The notes: generated by a model from the sequence alone, not told the origin. 64,000 nucleotides of DNA from Verrucomicrobiota bacterium (GCA_038748025.1 JBCDJI010000010.1:69453-133452), one strand, 5' to 3'; counted from the stretch's first letter, positions 37,357-47,746 are shown. Translations and numbers: made by a program.

Positions 37357-38075
37357 ATACCGCCTTCCAAGAAGGAATTTTAATTCTCAATTAAATTATC
37401 TACTTGTCAATTATTAGGTAATTTTTTCTGAATCTTATAGAGCATTTTCTCTAGTAAATAGTTGAAGGATATTAGATTGAATTATATTTAAGCGCTCTAA
37501 CTCCGGAGGTATGCCTACCATTTACCTGATACTCCTTATATTTAGGCTTGTCGGGTGTTCGGATCCGGTTTTGTTATCTAACAAATAAAATTACTCTTTA
37601 TATTGGCCTGCATGCACCCGGTCATCTGTCCTAAGTCATGGAGAAGCGGATTACAGGTAGTGTTCATCACCCTTTACCCCTGTATTGGAGTAAAATCAGC
37701 CACCTATGATAATACCACGCTCCATAGTGGTCATGGACTGAAAAAGAGCAGATTTACACTGCTCAAATATGTAAAAAAGCTATCGGTAATCCCCGAATAT
37801 GAGGCACCTCCGCAACGCTATGCTGTGAATTTTGGAAAATACTATTGTCAGCATAATGCTATTGAAGGCAGAAAGCCGCATTCTACGATCATTTAGCCCG
37901 CCATGGCACAAGCCCCAGTGGGCTTCAGATATTGCTACCTGTGGAAGCTGCATATTTCCAGGCTGACCCCTCCTGTGACATCATGGTAATAACCACAACC
38001 AGGCGGGTGTGCCCTCTCAAAAGTATCGATATCAGAGCACCTCAGAATATCTCTGCAGTATAATGAAAAAACGAT

Positions 38076-38474
38076 TCAGGAGTGATGCTCCGGATGTTCC
38101 AGAACGCCCTGGACTTTGGCTAACATCTCTTGAGGAGGAACCGATTTACTCACAAAGCCCTGCGCTCCATGCCGTCGTGCCTCTTCCATCAGCTTATCGT
38201 CATATCCCATGGCCGTTAACATAACCACAGGAACTCCGGGCCATACCGCTTTCAGCTCCGGTAATAGTTTGATTCCGTCTCCATCTCCCAGATTAATGTC
38301 GAGTATAATACTTATCGGGGCCTGGCCAGACAACCTTTGTGTCAGCTGATGCGCCGAGTTGATTCCTTCTGATTCATATCCGCTATGATTAAAATACTTT
38401 TCTAATGCATCTGTGAGAGAGCGGTTATCGTCAACGACCAGTATTTTAGATTTTACCGTATCGGAATTATCCAT
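38076..38474 (-). CDS. Single-domain response regulator (CheY-like)
   Basis: KILVVDDN...ILDINLGDGDG...MLTAMG...FVSKS. 132 aa. Confidence 0.8.
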   Translation of the reverse strand: MDNSDTVKSKILVVDDNRSLTDALEKYFNHSGYESEGINSAHQLTQRLSGQAPISIILDINLGDGDGIKLLPELKAVWPGVPVVMLTAMGYDDKLMEEARRHGAQGFVSKSVPPQEMLAKVQGVLEHPEHHS

Positions 38475-38827
38475 ACCTCAATGCTAAATTATTTTTTTTG
38501 ATATTCAAGAATGAAGCGTGTTTGCACTTATTGGTGGATAGTCTGTAATGCCGGGAAAACCTCATTCTCAGTCTCTCCGAGAAACTATCCAGGCATAATT
38601 CTCATGCTTTTTCCGGTCTGGTCTGCTTCTGCTCATTGTTGCTAAAATGAATCAGTCTGGAGCAAGCATTTTTACTAAAATAGCCTGCCTTTGCATTCCG
38701 TCTTCGTGTCTTTTAAACCAACCGAAGTCTGATACGGCATTTTCTCCGTTAACTGCTGGATTGCTACACAGAAGAAGCGGAGTCTTTTCACTTAGAGTAA
38801 GGAGACGTTATCCGGGCGGGGCGCAGG

Positions 38828-39877
38828 CTATTGATTCACTTGCCGGATGATTTCCAATGTGGCCCGTAAGTGTTTTTCCCAGGTGCAGCTCTGTGCTGTT
38901 TGCCGGGCACGAGCTCCTATGGCTGCACCCCAACCGGTCTCTTTCAAGTCGCGCAGATAGTTCACCATTTCATCAATGGAATTGGCATCTTCCACCAGCA
39001 GGCCGTTCTTTCCATCCTCAATGACCTGCCGGGCACCATTCGCCTTGGTAGTGACAACCGGTAAACCTGCGGCCATGGCTTCCAGTGTTACATTCGCAAA
39101 CGGATCATATACGGTTGGTAACACAAAAACATCGGCAGCAGCGTAGACATCCGGCATCACACATGACGGAGGTGAATCAATAATCGCTAGCCGGTAATCT
39201 TGGCCGGCGCGTTCCACCACCTGCCTGGCCTGCTCATGTCCCTTACGCAGTGCCCCCCTGCCCACCAGCAGGCAGATAAATTCATGATCACCCCAGCCCA
39301 AAGCCGCCCGTCCCGCTGCACGCGATCCGGACCCGAAATAATCGGCATCTACGCCATTAGGAATAACCGCAATGCGTTCCTCCGGAAACGGGGTGGCTGC
39401 CAGAATCTCCTGCTTGACCATCTCAGAGTTGGCAATAACCGTGCCGGTTACCAGTGGATGGAAGGTCTGCTTTTCCATGGCATGCAATACATGATTCTTC
39501 AGGCTCATGCCATTCCGCAACTTGCGCCAGAAACGATCCTGCGCTCTGCGGTGCAACCACTGGCGGTGAACACCGTCGCCTGCACGGTAGATCGGAGCAG
39601 TGATCCCGCGTTCCAGTGAAAAAACAACTCCCAGCTCACGGCGCGGGATACGATTCACCCCATTGGCAAAATTTTCCGGTGCCGTGTGGCGAAATCCGCT
39701 GACTTTGATTTGGCGAATCTGATTAAACGGTGAATCAGGCTGCTCCCAGGATTCACATAACAGGTTACACTGATAATCCATTTCACGCAGACGGGTGACC
39801 AGCCGCGAGAGATAGTGCTCCGCTCCGCCAGCTTCATTCCAGCGGCGACGAACAAAAGTAATCAATGGTGCGGGCAT
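38828..39877 (-). CDS. Glycosyltransferase family 4 (GT-B, WaaG/RfaG-like)
   Basis: The C-terminal half has VFVLPTVYDPFANVTLEAMAAGLPVVTT, the E-x7-E region of GT4 enzymes. Confidence 0.75.
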   Translation of the reverse strand: MPAPLITFVRRRWNEAGGAEHYLSRLVTRLREMDYQCNLLCESWEQPDSPFNQIRQIKVSGFRHTAPENFANGVNRIPRRELGVVFSLERGITAPIYRAGDGVHRQWLHRRAQDRFWRKLRNGMSLKNHVLHAMEKQTFHPLVTGTVIANSEMVKQEILAATPFPEERIAVIPNGVDADYFGSGSRAAGRAALGWGDHEFICLLVGRGALRKGHEQARQVVERAGQDYRLAIIDSPPSCVMPDVYAAADVFVLPTVYDPFANVTLEAMAAGLPVVTTKANGARQVIEDGKNGLLVEDANSIDEMVNYLRDLKETGWGAAIGARARQTAQSCTWEKHLRATLEIIRQVNQ

Positions 39878-39930
39878 TGGTGATGCTTCCTAGATAGACC
39901 GTTCCATTCCAGTGTTAACCTTGGAGTTAT

Positions 39931-41778
39931 TCATGCTTTTTCAGCCAGCTCACCGGCATGCACTGAATCCCAGATCGCTTCAATGGTGCCAGTGCTCTGA
40001 GCCTGACACAGACCGGCATAGAGACCGTCCTGTTCCAGTAATTGCTGGTGGGTGCCGCGCTCGATAATTTCACCCTGTCTGAGCACCAGGATCTGATCGG
40101 CATCCACGATAGTAGAGAGCCGGTGCGCGATGACGAAGGAGGTGCGGTTTTTGAGCAGATGATCCAGGGCCTGCTGGATCAGTTTCTCCGTAGCAGTATC
40201 CACACTGGCAGTGGCTTCATCCAGAATGAGAATCGGCGGATTTTTCAGTAGCGCCCTCGCAATGGAGACTCGCTGTTTTTCTCCGACACTGAGTTTGATC
40301 CCGCGCTCCCCGACCACGGTATCGAGCTGATCCGGCAGGGCTTCCACAAATTCACGGGCATGGGCGGCCTCCAGCACTTCCCAGCACTCGTTATCCGCGG
40401 CATCCGGTTTTCCGAACAGCAGATTCCGGCGCAGCGTGTCATTGAACAGAAACGCCTCCTGCGAAACAACACCGATGAGAGAACGTAATTCACGGAGTGA
40501 TAACTTCCGGTTGTCGATTCCATCAATAGTGATCGTTCCCTCATATTTACCGTAAAACCGGGGGATCAGTCCCACCAGTGTGGACTTACCCGCACCAGTC
40601 GGCCCGACCAGTGCGATCGTTTGGCCTGGCTTGGCATCCAGCTGAATATGATTCAGCACAAGAAGATCTTTGTCATAAGTGAACTGCACATCTGAAAATT
40701 CCACGGCACATGCCTGGGCGGCAGGGGCGAGCGACTCAGAGGGAACCGGATCCCCTTCCGGCTGCGTGTCCAGAATCCCGAAGACTCGTTCAGAAGCCGC
40801 GCGGCCGGACTGGAAGAGCTGGTTGAGCTGGTGCAGGCGGCTGATCGGTTCGTAGAGAAACCCCACGGCCACCATGAATGAAACCAGTTCCGCGTATTGC
40901 AAGCCGGACTCAGGCTGGACAGGGTTCGGATTTAATACCATCTGCCCTCCGAAAAATAAAACCAGCACCGTTCCCAGTGAGGCAAAAAAAGTCATGGAAG
41001 GACTGTAAATTGCCCAGGCTTTCATGACCCGCAGACTGGATGACATCACCTGGGATGACTTCTCGCGGAAGTGCTGCAGCTCTGACGACTCCCGCACAAA
41101 GGATTTGATCTGTGCCACGCCCTGGAGGTTATCCATCAACAGGGCATTCAGATTGGATGTTGCGATCCGCACCAGCCGATAGCGTTTATGTGCTGTGGTC
41201 GTATACCACAGCGCCCCCACCAGCATCAGCGGAATCGGTATCAGCGTCCACAAGGTCAACTGCCAGTTGACGAACGCCATATAGCCGAGAATCCCGCAGA
41301 TCTGCAGCAGCGCAACGCTGCCCTGTTCGATCCCGTCAATGAGCACGCGCTCCATGTTGGTCACATCCTCACTGACCCGCGTCATAATGTCACCGGACGC
41401 CTTGTCGTCAAACCAGCTCAGGGGTAATCGCTGAATGTGCTCATACAGATCACTGCGAATATCAAAGATCACCCGCTGCTCGAACATATTGTTAAAATAA
41501 ATGCGTGCCGCATTCAACAGATCGCGACCGAGGAAGGCCCCTGCTGCCAGCAAACCCAGCAACAACAGCACCATATTCGGTTCAGTGATTTCCCGACTTC
41601 TGATCAACGTTCCCACCAACCCGCTGATCTCGTCACCCGCTATCAACTCAAAGATCAATTTAGTAAGATAGGGCACCAGCAACAAACTCAGAGTTGAAAG
41701 CACCGCACAAGTAAAGGTTCCACCAGCATACCATTTGTAGCGGGCGCAGTAGGCAAAGACTCGTTTCAGTTCAGACAT
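39931..41778 (-). CDS. ABC transporter, fused permease/ATP-binding (MsbA-like exporter)
   Basis: Six-TM domain, then GPTGAGKST (Walker A), LSVGEKQRVSIARAL (signature) and ILILDEATS (Walker B). I chose the start MSELKR (41778). Confidence 0.85.
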   Translation of the reverse strand: MSELKRVFAYCARYKWYAGGTFTCAVLSTLSLLLVPYLTKLIFELIAGDEISGLVGTLIRSREITEPNMVLLLLGLLAAGAFLGRDLLNAARIYFNNMFEQRVIFDIRSDLYEHIQRLPLSWFDDKASGDIMTRVSEDVTNMERVLIDGIEQGSVALLQICGILGYMAFVNWQLTLWTLIPIPLMLVGALWYTTTAHKRYRLVRIATSNLNALLMDNLQGVAQIKSFVRESSELQHFREKSSQVMSSSLRVMKAWAIYSPSMTFFASLGTVLVLFFGGQMVLNPNPVQPESGLQYAELVSFMVAVGFLYEPISRLHQLNQLFQSGRAASERVFGILDTQPEGDPVPSESLAPAAQACAVEFSDVQFTYDKDLLVLNHIQLDAKPGQTIALVGPTGAGKSTLVGLIPRFYGKYEGTITIDGIDNRKLSLRELRSLIGVVSQEAFLFNDTLRRNLLFGKPDAADNECWEVLEAAHAREFVEALPDQLDTVVGERGIKLSVGEKQRVSIARALLKNPPILILDEATASVDTATEKLIQQALDHLLKNRTSFVIAHRLSTIVDADQILVLRQGEIIERGTHQQLLEQDGLYAGLCQAQSTGTIEAIWDSVHAGELAEKA

Positions 41779-41866
41779 GGAAATCGTAGAACTTACGGTG
41801 ATCTGTAGAAAAAACAATCCCGCACGCACGAGGCGTCGGGATTGCCGGATTTAAAAAAACGCGATC

Positions 41867-44107
41867 TTAAAGATCGACGCGGACTCCACCTGTCGCAGAA
41901 TTCACGATATAGCCTTCCTGTCCGATCTGCAGCTGCCAACCGAGAGTGAAATGAATGTTGTCTGCCTCGGTTAAGGAGGCATTGAACCCGGCCCCGATGA
42001 CTGCAAAATCTGCGTCTGCCTCGCGAGTTGAAACGGTGAAGCTGGCAAGTGCCGGATCGATAAAGGTGGTGGTTACATCTCTCGAATTATCCAGGAACTC
42101 GTGGTGCCAGGCAGCGCTGACATATGGAGCACACCAGCCCCAGTCACCCTCGAACGTCTTGGCCAGTTCAAAGCCAAGTTTCGTGCGTAAGGAATGTGCC
42201 GTCTGATCATCAAAACTGAGGCCCGCTCCGCCCAGTCCGGATTCCTGAAAGTCTTCCACATGCAGTAGAGAATACTGGAGACCCACCATCGGGGTTACGC
42301 GAATACTTCTATCCGCTCCAAAGTGAATGTCTCTGGAAAGTTCGAGCGCGGAGATGAACTGGTGCGCATCTGCATCACTCTCTCCGGTTCCAGTGAACGT
42401 TGGTGATACAATATTACGTTCGTTTTCATAAGCAGTATAACTGTATCCGAGGATGCCGCTGGCAAGCCAGTCACCCCACTGATAACGCGCATAGCCACCG
42501 ACCTGCGCACCATTACCCTCCATGTTTGAACCAAAGGCATCCACATCTGAATCGACACTCTGATATCCAATGTAGCCGCCTGCATTCAGTGCCTCAGAAA
42601 GGTTCTTGCCTGCCCCGATGATTACGGAAGTGCTGACGGTCTCACTTTCTGCCAGACCAGAAATGTCATCCTGTTGCGCGTAGGATCCGGAACCGATGAC
42701 AAATGCCTGCCAGTCGTAAAAAGGATCAAAACCGGAGGCTGCGGCAGTAGCCAGAGTCGCCGCTTCAAGCGAGCCCGTGTCCACCGAGACCAGGCCGGGA
42801 TTGCTCATCGCCAGTAAGTTCTGGTCCATGTTGACCAGCATGGGATCCAGATCCCGGGTATTCCACTGGAAGGCCGTGAGATCTGCCCCCATGGCTGCGT
42901 TACGTCCCTGATGGCGCAGCTGACTGAAAAAATCCCCGGTCATGCGGGTCGCATTATTGAACGCGACACTAGAAAATGCATTTTGATAGACCTGCCCACT
43001 GACTGTCTGGGCCAACTCATTAAGATCGGAAAGCGCGACGCTGTTCAACGCAATGAAGATGTCAATGAATTCAGTACCCGGAGCCGTCGTAACATTGTCC
43101 AGACTGCTGGCAAATCCACTGAGCCCGGGAGCTGTTAGCAGGCTGGAAAACGTCTGGAAACCGGTTACGTTGACGGTAGCAAAACTGTTTAGCGTTAGCG
43201 GACTACCCAGGATTGTAACTGTGCCTGAGCCTCCGGTCGCAATAAGCGCATTGGCGGTGGCCTGCGAAAACCCGCGCCAATTGTTGAAATTGATCGTGTC
43301 GGCTCCACCACCGCCATTGACTGTACCAGTCAGCAGCGAGTATCCATTCAGATTCACCGTATCGGCTCCACCACCACCATTGATCGAGTTACCGCCGCCG
43401 TTGGCTACGATGCGACTCGCAGTAAGGTTTAGGGTGTCATCATTACCAGCTAAACTTAATGCATTACCTCCACCCGATGTTGTAATCGTCGAGTTTATAA
43501 TCGTTACGACGTCGTTCCCGCCAGCGGTATGAATCCCCCGGCCGCCACCGGTTGTGGTAAAGGTGGTATCCGAAATATTTATAACGTCATTCCCTCCTCC
43601 GGCACTGATCCCATCTCCACCGCCCGCAACGGAGATTGTACCACCCGTAATGTTAAAAGTCTCTACATTGCCTGACCCGTTAAAGGCATCTCCACCACCA
43701 AAATTCACAGTAATGTTCCCTGAGCTCCAAACGGTAGCACCTCCCGTAATTGAAATCGCATGATCGCCCGTGCCGGAACCATTCAGAATGATATTGCCCA
43801 TGTGATTCACCGTACCTGAGCTGATACGCACTGCATCCTGTCCGGTAGTAGTAATTGTAGCTCCGCTGTTAATGGTAATGGTGCTGCCGCCATTGTTGGC
43901 ATCAATACCCCGAGTTCCGGTCGTAGTAATACTTCCGCCAACCGTTATGGTATCACCGGCCGCCAGATTGGCAGGCGCTCCTGTCAGGTCACCGGCATTG
44001 GTGGTCGTCGACGAAGTTCCTGCATCCTGAGTAAAATCGACAGCTTGCCCGCTGCTAATGCAGGCAAATATTAGCGCAATAGTAATGGCGTTGTAGCATT
44101 TCATCAT
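41867..44107 (-). CDS. Autotransporter outer-membrane protein with Gly/Thr/Asn-rich beta-helical passenger
   Basis: Signal peptide MMKCYNAITIALIFACISSGQA. The passenger has degenerate GGG(N/A)D..(I/L)N repeats. The C-terminal ~280 aa has alternating aromatic beta-barrel patterns. Confidence 0.75.
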   Translation of the reverse strand: MMKCYNAITIALIFACISSGQAVDFTQDAGTSSTTTNAGDLTGAPANLAAGDTITVGGSITTTGTRGIDANNGGSTITINSGATITTTGQDAVRISSGTVNHMGNIILNGSGTGDHAISITGGATVWSSGNITVNFGGGDAFNGSGNVETFNITGGTISVAGGGDGISAGGGNDVINISDTTFTTTGGGRGIHTAGGNDVVTIINSTITTSGGGNALSLAGNDDTLNLTASRIVANGGGNSINGGGGADTVNLNGYSLLTGTVNGGGGADTINFNNWRGFSQATANALIATGGSGTVTILGSPLTLNSFATVNVTGFQTFSSLLTAPGLSGFASSLDNVTTAPGTEFIDIFIALNSVALSDLNELAQTVSGQVYQNAFSSVAFNNATRMTGDFFSQLRHQGRNAAMGADLTAFQWNTRDLDPMLVNMDQNLLAMSNPGLVSVDTGSLEAATLATAAASGFDPFYDWQAFVIGSGSYAQQDDISGLAESETVSTSVIIGAGKNLSEALNAGGYIGYQSVDSDVDAFGSNMEGNGAQVGGYARYQWGDWLASGILGYSYTAYENERNIVSPTFTGTGESDADAHQFISALELSRDIHFGADRSIRVTPMVGLQYSLLHVEDFQESGLGGAGLSFDDQTAHSLRTKLGFELAKTFEGDWGWCAPYVSAAWHHEFLDNSRDVTTTFIDPALASFTVSTREADADFAVIGAGFNASLTEADNIHFTLGWQLQIGQEGYIVNSATGGVRVDL

Positions 44108-44256
44108 TTTCTCTCCGATACGGTTTTGCACCATTCCGTTCAACGAAGCAAGTACCATTCCAAAGACTTTGGTTTATCATATTAAATATCTATTATATTG
44201 TTAGGTGTGTGATCTGATAGCATTGACATTATCTGTCTTTCTGGCAATCGGTACCC

Positions 44257-44949
44257 ATGCCCATAGAGGAATCACAGAAGCCACGCCCCTGCTGGTGGCG
44301 CCTGCCTTGGGATCTGTTGCTAGCTCATTTTTCCGAATGGGCACGTTTCCGGAAACCGACGACGCTTCTCCTGCTAGCCGTCAGTCTGGTCTCCTTAATA
44401 CTCTACCTCCAGGATGCGGAGCTGGCTGCCCGGGTCAGTCCCGAACATCGTGCAGGATGGGTCAATGAGCTGGCGCGAGGATTGAGCTACTGGGGTGATT
44501 TTCTGACCTTCTGTATTCCCGTGGGCGTATTATTCTGGCTTGGCGGCGCGTTGCTGAAACGAATTCCCTGGCAACGTGCTGGCGTTGCCTGCCTGCTCGG
44601 AGCATGCCTGGCCGGCCTGACCGCTGATTTGATCCAGTTCTCCGTCGGCCGCGCCCGGCCTCGCCATGATACAGAGATACAATTTGCTCCCTTTAATACT
44701 AAAACGGAACAGCACTCCTTCCCTTCCGGACATTCCGCCACCGCCTTCGGCAGCGCAACTGCTCTGGCTGTATGCTATCCCCCCGTCTCGGTTCCCCTGC
44801 TGCTGGGTGCCAGCGGTGTGGCGTGGTCACGCGTCTATCTGGGTGCGCACTACCCTTCCGACATCGTGATGGGCAGCGGTATTGGATTGGTTTTTGGCTT
44901 CCTGCTTGGAAAGACCGCCCGAAAAACTAGAACCACTAATGAACACTAA
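44257..44949 (+). CDS. PAP2 superfamily phosphatase (membrane)
   Basis: The acid-phosphatase motifs are RARPRH, PSGHSATAF and SRVYLGAHYPSD. The last 5 codons and the stop lie in a heptamer-repeat arm. Confidence 0.7.
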   Translation: MPIEESQKPRPCWWRLPWDLLLAHFSEWARFRKPTTLLLLAVSLVSLILYLQDAELAARVSPEHRAGWVNELARGLSYWGDFLTFCIPVGVLFWLGGALLKRIPWQRAGVACLLGACLAGLTADLIQFSVGRARPRHDTEIQFAPFNTKTEQHSFPSGHSATAFGSATALAVCYPPVSVPLLLGASGVAWSRVYLGAHYPSDIVMGSGIGLVFGFLLGKTARKTRTTNEH

Positions 44950-45022
44950 TTATCTGGAAAACCAGCACTCTTGATATATGAAAAAAGAAATTAGTGAAAA
45001 TTAGTGTCCATTAGTGGTTAAA
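44931..45022 (+). repeat. Cargo-less heptamer doublet (CACTAAT type) at the PAP2|mnmG junction
   Basis: The 5' arm is aacCACTAATgaaCACTAAT (44931..44950). The 3' arm is ATTAGTGaaaATTAGTGtccATTAGTGgttaaa (44990..45022). 44989..45022 is 34/34 identical to the reverse complement of 60490..60523. Confidence 0.85.
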
Positions 45023-45031
45023 TAGCATCCC

Positions 45032-46915
45032 ATGTTTATCGATCCCAAACCATATGATGTGCTGGTCGTAGGTGCCGGCCATGCCGGTGTCGAAGCTGCA
45101 CTGGCTGCGGCCCGGATGGGATGCCAGACACTATTGGTGACCATGAATCTGGACACTATTGCGCAAATGAGCTGCAACCCCGCCATTGGCGGTCTGGCCA
45201 AAGGTCATCTGGTGCGGGAGATGGATGCACTGGGAGGCGAGATGGGCATGAATACGGATGCCACCGGGATCCAGTTCCGGATGCTCAATACCAAGAAGGG
45301 TGCCAGTGTGCGAGCACCCCGGGCACAATGTGATAAGAAGGCTTACCAATTTCGGATGAAGTATGTGCTGGAATCACAGCTGAATCTGGACATCCGGCAG
45401 GGCAGTATCGCGGACCTGGTAATTAAGAACGATCGGGTCACCGGGATCCAGACCAGCCTGGGCGTTCAGTATCAAGCCAAGACCGTGGTCATCACCACCG
45501 GTACCTTCCTTAAAGCGCTCATGCACGTTGGTCTACAGCATGCCAAAGGTGGACGCATGGGGGACGGCGTCAGTGGGTTTTCCGACTGTCTGATGCGGCT
45601 CGGTTTCGAGGTTGCGCGACTCAAAACCGGCACGCCCCCCCGTCTGAATGGTCGCAGTATCGACTTCTCCAAGATGTCCCGACAGGAAGGGGACACTCCC
45701 CCGCCCCACTTTAGTTATCTGCATGAGGATCTAAATCCCGGCAAAGAGGAACTATTTACCCTGAATCGGTTTGTTGACGGAATGTTCCACGTGGAACAAT
45801 TGCCCTGCTGGATCTCGTATACCAACTCTAAGACGGCAGACATCATCCGGGATAACCTGGATCAATCACCACTCTACTGCGGCATCATCGAGGGCACCGG
45901 ACCGCGCTATTGCCCTTCCATCGAGGACAAGATCGTGCGTTTTGCAGACAAGGATCGCCATCAGGTTTTCCTCGAGCCGGAGGGTCGCCACACTTTGGAA
46001 TACTACATCAACGGCTGCTCTACCAGTCTGCCGATCGAAGCACAGTATCAATTCATTCAAAGCATCGAAGGGCTGGAGCATGCCGAGATCATCCGGGCCG
46101 GTTATGCGGTGGAATATGATTTCTGTCCCCCGACTCAACTCTACGGACACCTCGAAACCAAACGGGTGGAAGGCTTGTTCTTTGCCGGTCAGCTGAACGG
46201 AACCTCGGGTTATGAAGAAGCCGGCGCTCAGGGCCTGATGGCAGGCGCCAATGCCGCTCTGAAAGTGCAGGGCAAGAATCCGCTGATTATCGGCCGCCAT
46301 GAAGGCTACATCGGCGTGCTGATCGACGACCTCGTCACCAAAGGAACACAGGAACCCTACCGGATGTTTACCTCCCGTGCTGAATACCGTTTACTATTAC
46401 GGCAGGATAATGCCGATCTCCGACTCACTGAGCAGGGCGGGGAGGCGGGTCTGGTCTCGGAAAAGCGACTCAAAAAAGTTCAAGCCAAGCGTGAGCAGAT
46501 CAAGAAGATCCAGCGGGAATTAGAGAACACCTGGCATGAGGGTAAGACCTGGGCCAAGTGGCTAAGGATGCCAGAAAACGATTGGCGCTTTCTGCCGGAG
46601 TCCTACCAGAGAACCGATCCCGAAATAGCTACCGAGGTGCTCAATGCAATCAAATACTCCGGTTACATTGAACGCGAGCTCGTCCAAATCCAAAAGCAGA
46701 AAGAACTGGAAGACAAGGCCATTCCCGAATGGGTGAACTATGATGAGGTAACAGGTCTCAAGACTGAAGCCCGTCACAAACTTCAATCCGTTGCCCCGCG
46801 TTCCTTCGGTCAAGCTGCGCGCATCTCCGGCATCAATCCTTCGGACATTTCGTTACTTGCGGTGCATGTCAAGCGGGGAAGAGCTCAAGACGCGACTCTG
46901 ACCAAAGAAGCCTGA
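45032..46915 (+). CDS. mnmG: tRNA uridine-5-carboxymethylaminomethyl(34) synthesis enzyme MnmG (GidA)
   Basis: YDVLVVGAGHAGVEAALAAARMG...MSCNPAIGG..KG.LVRE.DALGG...GPRYCPSIEDK. Confidence 0.95.
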   Translation: MFIDPKPYDVLVVGAGHAGVEAALAAARMGCQTLLVTMNLDTIAQMSCNPAIGGLAKGHLVREMDALGGEMGMNTDATGIQFRMLNTKKGASVRAPRAQCDKKAYQFRMKYVLESQLNLDIRQGSIADLVIKNDRVTGIQTSLGVQYQAKTVVITTGTFLKALMHVGLQHAKGGRMGDGVSGFSDCLMRLGFEVARLKTGTPPRLNGRSIDFSKMSRQEGDTPPPHFSYLHEDLNPGKEELFTLNRFVDGMFHVEQLPCWISYTNSKTADIIRDNLDQSPLYCGIIEGTGPRYCPSIEDKIVRFADKDRHQVFLEPEGRHTLEYYINGCSTSLPIEAQYQFIQSIEGLEHAEIIRAGYAVEYDFCPPTQLYGHLETKRVEGLFFAGQLNGTSGYEEAGAQGLMAGANAALKVQGKNPLIIGRHEGYIGVLIDDLVTKGTQEPYRMFTSRAEYRLLLRQDNADLRLTEQGGEAGLVSEKRLKKVQAKREQIKKIQRELENTWHEGKTWAKWLRMPENDWRFLPESYQRTDPEIATEVLNAIKYSGYIERELVQIQKQKELEDKAIPEWVNYDEVTGLKTEARHKLQSVAPRSFGQAARISGINPSDISLLAVHVKRGRAQDATLTKEA

Positions 46916-47002
46916 CCGTAAACCGCAGGCGCACTGAAAAAATATCTTTGCTCCGGCAGTTCTGCGATATCAGATAAAACAGCTTCCTGTTTTTAGATGC
47001 TA

Positions 47003-47746
47003 CTATTCTGTTAGTTCAGATTTGATAGCGGAGTAGACAATCGCCTGTTCTGCGTATCGGATCCACGGCCCATATGGAACTTCATCGGCTTCGACAAAAC
47101 GCCAGTTGGTCTGGTTGAGACCGGTCAGCCCAAGGTAATCACGCACTGCCGGCGATACATCCAGTCCTGCTTTACTATGGATTTGGGGACGTTCATTTCC
47201 AAAAATATATCTGGCATGGTCATAACGAAACGGACCGACATCTTCCCACTGGGCGAAACAGACTTTTCCCTGATACTCGATCATAATCCAGCGTCCCTTA
47301 CACTGAGATCTATAGGGTTCCTTGCGCCATGCCTCATGATCCCACCAGGGGACATACTTTTGAGACATCTTCGGATATTTGATGTCATTGTAGGGTAGGG
47401 CGACATAGAACGGGTTGAGCGTCGGAGCAAAGGTGTCTGGCAGACTGATAGCGCCCATATATTGATCCGTAAGACGATTTTTAGGACAGTCTTCGCCTCC
47501 GTAGTTTTTGGTCCAGGATCCGTCCCAGGCACTCTTGTAATTAGTCATGCTATTGTAGCCGGAAGAACCCTGCCCGATCCAGAAATAAGTGGTGACGATG
47601 TTCTTCTTCCACGGATAATCCGAATGCAGTTCCACATCCTGAACTTTCATGGGGGCCACTTTCAGCGGCACTTCTTCGGCACGCAGCGGGCTGACCAGAA
47701 AAAAAACCACTACCAGCGCAAAATAACTCCTACTTAATTTCCGCAT
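47003..47746 (-). CDS. Conserved-looking secreted protein of unknown function (possibly RlpA/expansin-like double-psi beta-barrel)
   Basis: Signal peptide. The Trp/Tyr-rich region CKGRWIMIEYQGKVCFAQWEDVGP...GLDVSPAV is reminiscent of DPBB folds. The fold call is tentative. Confidence 0.45.
   Translation of the reverse strand: MRKLSRSYFALVVVFFLVSPLRAEEVPLKVAPMKVQDVELHSDYPWKKNIVTTYFWIGQGSSGYNSMTNYKSAWDGSWTKNYGGEDCPKNRLTDQYMGAISLPDTFAPTLNPFYVALPYNDIKYPKMSQKYVPWWDHEAWRKEPYRSQCKGRWIMIEYQGKVCFAQWEDVGPFRYDHARYIFGNERPQIHSKAGLDVSPAVRDYLGLTGLNQTNWRFVEADEVPYGPWIRYAEQAIVYSAIKSELTE

Noticed and set aside
37603-37896. 97-aa ORF in the long intergenic gap
   Set aside because: It has no RBS, no motif and unusual composition, so I do not call it a gene. 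I kept the region only as an unexplained gap.
42900-43950. Repetitive GGTGG/GCCGCC-rich DNA that could be mistaken for a tandem repeat or CRISPR-like array
   Set aside because: It is the coding sequence of degenerate GGG(N/A)D beta-helix repeats in the autotransporter passenger. There are no regular spacers or exact direct repeats.
46921-46975. CGCAGG ... TTCTGCG pair after mnmG resembling single CGCAGAT-type units
   Set aside because: There is one degenerate unit per side, with poor complementarity and no phasing. I do not count it as a family member.
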